Notes under the pieces: generated by a model
The model's database searches: none
Seen by the model: the letters and a program-made list of their open reading frames with translations, nothing else
What the model was told of the DNA's origin: nothing
Translations under genes and position numbers: made by a program
Part shown: piece by piece, positions 25,187 to 32,574 of the stretch
Layout of the letters: every line of letters starts with the position of its first letter
Numbering within the stretch: the first letter of the stretch is position 1
Assembly (NCBI GenBank): GCA_947487845.1
Contig: CANKYC010000003.1
Span: forward strand, 1 to 32,574
Length of the DNA: 32,574 bases
DNA from: Rickettsiales bacterium
GTDB taxonomy: Bacteria > Pseudomonadota > Alphaproteobacteria > Rickettsiales > UBA1997
Direction: 5' to 3'

Positions 25187-26467
25187 ATGTATAATTTAAG
25201 ACACGTTAAAGCCGGCTTATTTATTGCTTTGGCAATGTGTTTTGTTGCGTCAAAAACTTGGGGCGAAATTGCGGAAGTTAAGATTAAAAAAATTGGCTTT
25301 AACGCCAAAAACCAGTTAGAAATTTTTATTTCTGATAAAAGTGAATTTAAAATTTTTACCTTAGAAAATCCTTCGCGTCTGGTGATTGACATTGCTAATG
25401 CCGATTTCGAAAAAACTAATTACCAACCAGCAATTCCCGCTTTCGCCACTTCATTTCGTAGTCGCAAAGGTGATGGTTCGCTGCGCTTGGTTTTTGATTT
25501 GAATCAAAAAATTTCCGTACAAAAATCTAATTTTGAAAAAGGAAAGATTACCGCTGAATTAGTTGGAATTGAAAGCGGCGCACAAACAACAGCGATTACA
25601 AAAGTTAAAACTATTGTAAAAAATGATGCCATTTCCGACAAGGTTCAGGAATTTGAAGTTCAAACTGAAAGAATTGTTAATCCTGATGGTTCGGCAAAAT
25701 ATATAGTAAGAAAAATTCCCAAAGGCGCGAATTATGAAACAAATGCAGTTTCAAATAAAACTTCTGCTGTTTTGCAAAGAATGCCAATTATCGTAATTGA
25801 TTCTGGTCACGGCGGCAAAGATCCCGGAACAATTGGAACTTTTGCCCGCACCAAAGAAAAAAACCTGACTTTGTCTTACGCCAAAGAACTCGGTAAACAG
25901 CTAATAAATACCAAACGCTATAAAGTTTATTTAACTCGCGATGAAGATAATTTTATTCCTTTGCGCAAACGCGTACAAATCGCCCGCAAAAAGAAAGCTG
26001 ATTTATTTATTTCGCTTCACGCCGACTCAATCCCTAATTCTCAAGTTGCTGGTTTTTCAATTTATACTTTATCCGAAAAATCTTCTGACAAACAGGCTGA
26101 ATTATTAGCTCAAAAAGAAAACCGCGTTGATATTATTAACGGCATGAATTTTTCTGGCGCTAGCCAAGACATCATGAAAACTTTAATTGATTTATCACAA
26201 CGCGACACTATGAATGGCTCGGCGCGATTCGCTAATATCGCCATCAAATCAATTAAAAATTCCGAAATAAATATTCTGCAAAACACTCACAGATTTGCCG
26301 GCTTTGAGGTTTTAACTGCGCCCGACATGATTTCGGTTTTGATTGAACTTGGGTATTTATCGAGCAAAGAAGAGGAAAAACTTCTAAACAGTCTTACATA
26401 CAAGCGCAAAGTGGCGGAAAGTCTGACCAAAGCGATTGATGAATATTTTTCTAAAAACAAAACTTAA
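25187..26467 (+). CDS. amiC: N-acetylmuramoyl-L-alanine amidase (AMIN + Amidase_3)
   Basis: LENPSRLVID (AMIN), IDSGHGGKDPG, LFISLHAD and SVLIELGYLS motifs. Confidence 0.92.
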   Translation: MYNLRHVKAGLFIALAMCFVASKTWGEIAEVKIKKIGFNAKNQLEIFISDKSEFKIFTLENPSRLVIDIANADFEKTNYQPAIPAFATSFRSRKGDGSLRLVFDLNQKISVQKSNFEKGKITAELVGIESGAQTTAITKVKTIVKNDAISDKVQEFEVQTERIVNPDGSAKYIVRKIPKGANYETNAVSNKTSAVLQRMPIIVIDSGHGGKDPGTIGTFARTKEKNLTLSYAKELGKQLINTKRYKVYLTRDEDNFIPLRKRVQIARKKKADLFISLHADSIPNSQVAGFSIYTLSEKSSDKQAELLAQKENRVDIINGMNFSGASQDIMKTLIDLSQRDTMNGSARFANIAIKSIKNSEINILQNTHRFAGFEVLTAPDMISVLIELGYLSSKEEEKLLNSLTYKRKVAESLTKAIDEYFSKNKT

Positions 26468-26473
26468 AAAACA

Positions 26474-28942
26474 GTGACCAGATCAAGAAAAAAATTAAAA
26501 AAAACCTTGGGCGCATTATTTGCGGTAGGCATTTTTGCGACTCTTATTTTAATCACTTTCGGATTTTTCTTATTTAAAAAATATAGCGAAAACCTGCCTG
26601 ATTACGAGCAGCTAAAAAATTACAACCCAATGATTACAACCCGTCTTTACGCGGCTGACGGCTCATTAATTAGTGAATTTTCTAAAGAAAAAAGAATTTT
26701 CGTTCCAATCGATACAATTCCAAAAGATTTAATTAACGCCTTTTTGGCGGCAGAAGATGCCAATTTCTACAAACATTCCGGCATTGATCCTTTGGCGATT
26801 TTTAGAACTTCGGTACAAAATTTCTTTTCGATAATGAAAGGCGATAGTTCAATGGGCGGCGCTTCGACAATCACCCAGCAAGTTGTAAAAAACTTTTTAT
26901 TAACCCGCGAAAGAACTTTTGAACGTAAAATTAAAGAAGCAATTTTGGCTTTTCGCATGTCGCAAACTTTTTCCAAAGACCGCATTTTGGAACTTTATTT
27001 AAACCAAATTTATTTAGGCTCTGGCGCTTACGGAGTTGCAGCTGCGGCGCAAGTTTACTTTAATAAATCAATTGATGATTTAACGACTGAAGAAGCAGCT
27101 TTACTTGCAACTTTGCCTAAAGCTCCTTCTAAACTTGATCCGCGTAAAAATATTGAAAAAGCCAAAGTGCGCCGCAATTGGGTAATTGAGCGCATGGTGG
27201 AAAATGGTTTTATCGATGAAAAAACTGGCGTTGAAGCTTCGGAAAAACCAATCTCGCTTAAAGTTAAAGACAGTGACGAAATTACTAAAGCCAACTTCTT
27301 TTCTGACTCAGTTAAAAAAGAATTAACTCAACTTTACGGTTCAGATTCAGTTTTTGAAAATGGCATTGTGGTTCGCACCACGCTTGATCCGCGCTTGCAA
27401 AAAATTGCTTCAAGAGCATTTGATGCCGGTATTGAAGAATATGACCAAAAACATGGTTATCGCGGCGCTTTAACTAAAATTGACGCAAATGGAAATTGGC
27501 AAGAAGAGTTGCAAAAATTTGATCCAAAAAAACTTTATAAAGAAACTTGGAGCAAAGCCATTGTGCTTTCTTTGTCGAAAGACATCGCCGCAATTGGCGT
27601 TGAAAATGGCGCTTTAGGTTCAATTGAATTTTCTTCGCTGAAATGGGCGCGTAAATATCGCAGTGTTAATTCGGTTGGTCCGGCTCCAAAAAAGATCGCC
27701 GATGTTTTGGCGGTTGGCGATGTTGTGTTAGTTGAAAAATCGGAGAAAGGCGAAAATTATTTCTTGCGCCAAGTTCCAGAAGTTAACGGCGCGCTTTTAG
27801 CAATGGATCCGCACACCGGCCGTGTTTTAGCAATGATGGGCGGCTACGTTGACACGCCAAACCAGTTTAACCGCGCCACGCAAGCGATGCGTCAACCCGG
27901 TTCAACCATGAAAACTTTTGGTTACATCGCCGCTCTTGAAAATGGCATGACTCCGGCGAGCGTGATTATGGATGAAGAAATTTCTCTAAATCAAGGTTTT
28001 GCGCTGCCGCCTTATCGCCCAAGCAACTATTCTGGACAATATTACGGACCAACAACTTTGCGTATTGGTCTTGAACAATCGCGCAACGTTACAACTGTAA
28101 GAATGGCGGATCAAGTTGGTTTGGATAAAGTTGTTGATGTGATAAAAAAATTCGGCGTTAGCGACAATCCACAAAAAATTTATTCCCTAGTTTTAGGTTC
28201 GACCGAAACAACAATGGTGCGCCTTGTTACTGCTTATTCTATGATGGTAAATGGTGGCAAAAAAATCTCGCCTTTGATGATTGAAAAAATTCAGGATCGC
28301 GACGGCAAAACAATTTATCGCCGCGACAAAAGAGAATGTAGATCTTGTTCAATTGCCAATCTCAATGATTATGTTTCCAAAGATGTCAGCGAATTGCCGG
28401 TGCCATTTTTAGATGAAAATAAAGAACAAGTTACTGATTCTGCAACCGCTTATCAAATCACCTCAATGCTGCAAGGCGTTGTTGAACGCGGAACGGCGGC
28501 ACGCGCCAAATCGGTTGGTAAAATTATCGGCGGTAAAACAGGTACGACAAATAATTCATACGATTCTTGGTTTATTGGCTTTTCACCAGATTTAGTAACC
28601 GCAGTTTACATTGGTTTTGACACGCCAAAAACTTTGGGCTCTGAAGAAACTGGCGCTTCGGTGGCGCTTCCTGTTTTCATCAACTTTATGAAAGAGGCTT
28701 TGAAAAATACTCCTTCAACTCCATTTCGCGTTCCTAACACGGTTAAATTTGTAAAGATTGATCGCACAAGTGGAAAATATCCAACACCATTAACGCCTAA
28801 AGAGCGGGTGTTTTTTGAAGCTTTTAAAATGGACGATACAATTTCCAGCGCCGATTCATCGGATAATGCCAGTGACGACGCCGAAGAAGATGATGGATTT
28901 GGCGACAAAACCTCAGATTCCGACCCGACGGGAATTTATTAA
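26474..28942 (+). CDS. mrcA: Penicillin-binding protein 1A
   Basis: Transglycosylase motifs AAEDANFYKH, GASTITQQVVKN and RKIKE. Transpeptidase motifs STMK, SRN and KTG. Downstream of amiC. Confidence 0.95.
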   Translation: MTRSRKKLKKTLGALFAVGIFATLILITFGFFLFKKYSENLPDYEQLKNYNPMITTRLYAADGSLISEFSKEKRIFVPIDTIPKDLINAFLAAEDANFYKHSGIDPLAIFRTSVQNFFSIMKGDSSMGGASTITQQVVKNFLLTRERTFERKIKEAILAFRMSQTFSKDRILELYLNQIYLGSGAYGVAAAAQVYFNKSIDDLTTEEAALLATLPKAPSKLDPRKNIEKAKVRRNWVIERMVENGFIDEKTGVEASEKPISLKVKDSDEITKANFFSDSVKKELTQLYGSDSVFENGIVVRTTLDPRLQKIASRAFDAGIEEYDQKHGYRGALTKIDANGNWQEELQKFDPKKLYKETWSKAIVLSLSKDIAAIGVENGALGSIEFSSLKWARKYRSVNSVGPAPKKIADVLAVGDVVLVEKSEKGENYFLRQVPEVNGALLAMDPHTGRVLAMMGGYVDTPNQFNRATQAMRQPGSTMKTFGYIAALENGMTPASVIMDEEISLNQGFALPPYRPSNYSGQYYGPTTLRIGLEQSRNVTTVRMADQVGLDKVVDVIKKFGVSDNPQKIYSLVLGSTETTMVRLVTAYSMMVNGGKKISPLMIEKIQDRDGKTIYRRDKRECRSCSIANLNDYVSKDVSELPVPFLDENKEQVTDSATAYQITSMLQGVVERGTAARAKSVGKIIGGKTGTTNNSYDSWFIGFSPDLVTAVYIGFDTPKTLGSEETGASVALPVFINFMKEALKNTPSTPFRVPNTVKFVKIDRTSGKYPTPLTPKERVFFEAFKMDDTISSADSSDNASDDAEEDDGFGDKTSDSDPTGIY

Positions 28943-29028
28943 AATATTCCCGATATTATGAAAAATTTTACCAAAAAGACAAATGCTATAGAAGGGTTTA
29001 TTTTTGGGTTTGGTAAGGTTGATATGAT

Positions 29029-29131
29029 TTTGTCGAAGGGTGATTCTAAGAGCCCGTCCTAAGATCGAAGCCTTAAATCACCCTTCGACAAACTCAGGGT
29101 GACATCTATTGTGTCTTAAGGGATAATCACC
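29029..29131. mobile_element. Truncated, inverted third copy of the 6123-type MITE/REP element
   Basis: Ends ...ctattgtgtcttaagggataatcacc, the reverse complement of the start of copies 1 and 2. The other end is missing. Confidence 0.75.
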
Positions 29132-29214
29132 GTTTTTTTAAAACAAAAAATCTATTGCAAGTTCATCAATTTACCAAATGAATTAATTCAACAAAACTTT
29201 ACCAGCATAAGCCT

Positions 29215-30138
29215 ATGAAACAAAGAAACGTAAGGATTTCCAAGATTCAGGATAAACAATTAGATTTTGGTCAAGTTATTAATATTTTAACAAGTTCGGT
29301 AAAAAAAACCGCTAAACCAAAATTCACTTTCATTGATTTGTTTGCTGGGATTGGTGGCTTTCATTTAGCTGCTTCGCAGAATGGCGGCAATTGTGTTATG
29401 GCTTGCGAAATAGACAAGGCGGCAAAACAAACTTATTTAGCCAACCATAAAGTAAAAAACTTTGTTGAAGATATAACGAAGATAAAAACAAAAGACATTC
29501 CAGATCACGATTTACTTTGCGCTGGTTTTCCTTGTCAGCCTTTCTCACAAGCGGGATTTAAAAAAGGTTTTGATGACATAAGAGGCACTTTATTTTTTTA
29601 CATTGCCGAAATTATCAGGGTTAAAAAGCCAAAAGCATTTTTTTTAGAAAATGTAAGACATCTCTTAAATCACGATGACGGCAGAACATTTGCCAAGATA
29701 AAGGAAGTCTTAGAAGAGCTTGGATATTCTTTTTCTTATAAGATAGTTAAAGCCTCTGATTTTGGACTTCCTCAACATCGTCCAAGGCTTTTTATGGTTG
29801 GGTTTAAAAACAAAAAAACTAAATTTGAATTTCCCGAAAAAATACCTTTAAAAGCGACGATGTCAGATATTTTTGGGGAACCTTGCAATAAAACTATTGG
29901 ATTCACCCTTAGAGTTGGTGGCAGGGGTTCTAAAATTGATGATAGGAGAAATTGGGATAGATATTTGGTTGGTGGCAAAGAATACAAGATTCAGTCGAAA
30001 GATGGCGTAAAAATGATGGGCTTTCCCTCTGATTTTAAATTTCCTGTTTCCGAAACGCAGGCAATGAAGCAACTAGGAAATAGCGTTGCCGTTCCAGCAA
30101 TCAGTAAAACAATTGAAGCAATCACAAAATACTTATGA
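29215..30138 (+). CDS. DNA (cytosine-5) methyltransferase
   Basis: FIDLFAGIGG (motif I), GFPCQ (IV), ENV (VI), QHRPR (VIII) and GNSV (X). Confidence 0.96.
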   Translation: MKQRNVRISKIQDKQLDFGQVINILTSSVKKTAKPKFTFIDLFAGIGGFHLAASQNGGNCVMACEIDKAAKQTYLANHKVKNFVEDITKIKTKDIPDHDLLCAGFPCQPFSQAGFKKGFDDIRGTLFFYIAEIIRVKKPKAFFLENVRHLLNHDDGRTFAKIKEVLEELGYSFSYKIVKASDFGLPQHRPRLFMVGFKNKKTKFEFPEKIPLKATMSDIFGEPCNKTIGFTLRVGGRGSKIDDRRNWDRYLVGGKEYKIQSKDGVKMMGFPSDFKFPVSETQAMKQLGNSVAVPAISKTIEAITKYL

Positions 30139-30737
30139 GCGAAATTTTTGAGATTTTAAAGCTAGGCGATAAAGAGCTACATAATCTTTTTAAAGAAATT
30201 ATAAACAAAGCAACTTATACGAGTCCTAGTCAACTAATTAGCGATTGTTGGGCTGAATACGAAAAACAATCAGGGAACAAATCTGCTGACTCTTCTAAAA
30301 ATAAAAACGGGCAATTCCTAGAGTTATTGGTTCAATACATACTTTGCAAAAACGATATTTTACCTTTTTACAAACAAGCAAAAGTTGCCTTTGTTCCCAA
30401 TGTAAATTTTGACGCGCTGTTATACACGAAAGAAATTGGCTCGATAGTTTTAAGTATAAAAACCTCGTTAAGGGAAAGATATAAACAAGCCGATTTAGAA
30501 GCTATCGCACTAAAACAAGTTCACCGCAGATCAAAAACTTTTTTGCTTACGCTTTCTGACGAATATTTGAGCATAAACAAAAAAATAGAAAAAGGTGATG
30601 TAGCTGGCTTGGAAAAAGCCATAAATTGCCGCAATAGTGATTTTGATTTGTTTATAGAGGAGTTGAAAAAATACACTTTTATCGAGGCTGGAAGCGTTGA
30701 AATAGTTATTGGTAATTTACTAAAACAGAAAAAATAA
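30135..30737 (+). CDS. Putative Type II restriction endonuclease (PD-(D/E)xK fold)
   Basis: ATGA overlap with the MTase. NFD...SIKTSLRERYKQ resembles the KxxxRER motif of the EcoRII/SsoII/NgoMIV group. Confidence 0.7.
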   Translation: MSEIFEILKLGDKELHNLFKEIINKATYTSPSQLISDCWAEYEKQSGNKSADSSKNKNGQFLELLVQYILCKNDILPFYKQAKVAFVPNVNFDALLYTKEIGSIVLSIKTSLRERYKQADLEAIALKQVHRRSKTFLLTLSDEYLSINKKIEKGDVAGLEKAINCRNSDFDLFIEELKKYTFIEAGSVEIVIGNLLKQKK

Positions 30738-30811
30738 GAATAATCAATCAACTCAATAAGAAGTCTCGAAGCCTTCGAATTTAAAAAGATTAAACTATTA
30801 AAAACTACCAA

Positions 30812-32574
30812 ATGACCGCCTTACAAAATCTATTAAAAACCCTTCGTCAAAATTCTTTAAGCCCGCGCGAACAAGGCACTTATTTTGAAGAATTGGCAAT
30901 TAAATATTTTCAAAACGAGCCTTTTTACCAACAGCTTTTTTCTTCGGTTCAAACTTATTCAAATTGGGCAGATGAGCAAAATTTAGCTGGACAAAAAATA
31001 GATCGGCGCGACGCAGGAATTGACTTGGTTGCCACAACTCACGGAACCAACGAATTTCACGCCATTCAATGCAAATTTTACGAAGAAACCTACCGCATTC
31101 AAAAATCTGACATCGACAGTTTTTTCACCGCTTCGGGCAAAAAACAATTCAGCCAAAGAATCATCGTTGCCACAACCAACAATTGGTCCGAGCATGCTGA
31201 AGATGCGCTACAAAATCAACAACCACCCGTCACCAAAATTGATCTAAACGATTTAGAAAATAGCCAAATTGATTGGTCAAAATACCAACCAAACCAGCAG
31301 CCGATTTTAAAGAAAAAGAAAGATCTGCGCGACCATCAAAAAGCTGCCCTAAAATCAGTTGAAGAAGGTTTGCGGGAAGCGGCTCGCGGCAAGTTAATCA
31401 TGGCTTGCGGCACTGGAAAAACTTTCACCTCTTTAAAAATTGCCGAAAAACTAGCGGGCAAAAACAAGCGAGTTTTGTTTTTAGTCCCTTCGCTTTCGCT
31501 ACTTTCTCAAACCCTAACCGAATGGACGCAAGAAAGCGCAACGCCCCTAAACAGCTTCGCCGTTTGTTCTGACTCCGACGTTGGCAAGAAACGAAAAAAT
31601 GAAGACGACATCGTCCAAACCTTCACTCACGAACTGCGCTACCCCGCAACCACCAACTCTGCGCGCCTAGCTTTTGAAATGCAAAAACGCCACGACTCGC
31701 ACCACATGAGCGTTGTATTTTCAACCTACCACTCAATTGAGGTAATTTCTAAAGCCCAAAAAAATCACGGCCTCGAAGATTTTGACCTAATCATTTGCGA
31801 CGAAGCGCACCGCACCACCGGACAAACTTTTGATGACAAAGACGAATCAAATTTTGTGCAAGTTCACGACGCTAATTTCATCAAATCAGCCAAGCGCCTT
31901 TACATGACGGCAACGCCGCGCATCTACGGCAATGAAGCCAAAGCCGTTGCTGAAAAAGATAAAATTGCTATTTGTTCAATGGATGACGAAGCGCTTTACG
32001 GCGAAACACTTTTCACCATCAATTTTTCTGAAGCCGTAAAACAAGGCTTACTGGTTGATTACAAAGTAATCGTCTTGGCCGTTGATTCTCAACATGTCAG
32101 CGACCGCCTTCAACATTTATTAAAAGACGAAAACAACGCGCTTAAAGTTGACGACGCCGCAAGAATCATTGGCTGTTGGAAAGCGCTTTCAAAACAAGAC
32201 ACGCAAGAAGATTTAACCGACGACCAAAACCCAATGCGCCGCGGGGTTGCTTTTTGCCAAGTGATTGAACCGCAAAACACCACTTCAAAAACCAATAAAG
32301 TCAGCTCCAAAAAAATCTCCAGCATGTTTTCGGCGGTTGTCGAAGAATATAAAAAGCAAGAAGCTGCCAGCGACCAACTCGCAACCAAACTAGTTTGCGA
32401 AGCCGCGCACGTTGACGGCTCAATGAATGCCAGCCAAAAAGAAGAAAAACTAAATTGGTTAAAAGAAGAAGCCCCACAAAACACCTGCCGCATTTTAAGC
32501 AACGTGCGCTGCCTTTCTGAAGGTGTTGACGTGCCAGCTTTGGACGCAGTTTTGTTTTTAACCCCAAGAAATTC
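30812..32574 (+). CDS. Type ISP restriction-modification enzyme (LlaGI/LlaBIII-like), 5' part; runs off the window
   Basis: Not in the ORF track because no stop codon is reached. Hand translation from ATG 30812 gives MTALQNLL...QGTYFEEL...DAGIDLVA...AIQCKFY (Mrr-like nuclease), MACGTGKT, IICDEAH, MTATP and CLSEGVDVP (SF2 helicase). Confidence 0.88.
   Translation, partial: MTALQNLLKTLRQNSLSPREQGTYFEELAIKYFQNEPFYQQLFSSVQTYSNWADEQNLAGQKIDRRDAGIDLVATTHGTNEFHAIQCKFYEETYRIQKSDIDSFFTASGKKQFSQRIIVATTNNWSEHAEDALQNQQPPVTKIDLNDLENSQIDWSKYQPNQQPILKKKKDLRDHQKAALKSVEEGLREAARGKLIMACGTGKTFTSLKIAEKLAGKNKRVLFLVPSLSLLSQTLTEWTQESATPLNSFAVCSDSDVGKKRKNEDDIVQTFTHELRYPATTNSARLAFEMQKRHDSHHMSVVFSTYHSIEVISKAQKNHGLEDFDLIICDEAHRTTGQTFDDKDESNFVQVHDANFIKSAKRLYMTATPRIYGNEAKAVAEKDKIAICSMDDEALYGETLFTINFSEAVKQGLLVDYKVIVLAVDSQHVSDRLQHLLKDENNALKVDDAARIIGCWKALSKQDTQEDLTDDQNPMRRGVAFCQVIEPQNTTSKTNKVSSKKISSMFSAVVEEYKKQEAASDQLATKLVCEAAHVDGSMNASQKEEKLNWLKEEAPQNTCRILSNVRCLSEGVDVPALDAVLFLTPRN

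Noticed and set aside
30983-32567. Short track ORFs at 30983, 31020, 32110 and 32301
   Set aside because: All lie within the long Type ISP ORF that starts at 30812.

Overview
AT-rich bacterial window, most likely from a Rickettsiales-like alphaproteobacterium (inferred from gene content and order). A housekeeping core (tandem-YceI protein, secB, pntAA, tRNA-Leu, large NAD-GDH, infC, yraN, rsmI, lpoA-like, tsaD, dnaB, RegBA-like pair, glmS, amiC, mrcA) is flanked by two accessory or defence regions. On the left, beyond the 3' end of tRNA-Ser(GCT), an intact IS1595-family element (24-bp perfect TIRs, 8-bp TSD, one membrane-protein passenger) sits just upstream of a retron-like operon. On the - strand that operon reads: promoter, about 300 nt of structured non-coding RNA, an unannotated 39-aa basic/amphipathic peptide whose AUG lies in a 10-bp hairpin, an XRE HTH protein, and a retron-type RT with an unusual WVDD motif. 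This resembles the HTH-associated (type VI) retron layout and is the best candidate for a novel system. On the right are a C5-MTase/REase pair and a Type ISP R-M enzyme that runs off the window end. Intergenic regions hold a covarying REP-like palindrome family (some copies enclosed by IS1595-like ends), a 280-bp TA-ended MITE and other hairpins. The RegB-like sensor lacks its ATPase domain. All calls come from reading motifs by eye; no searches or folding programs were run.
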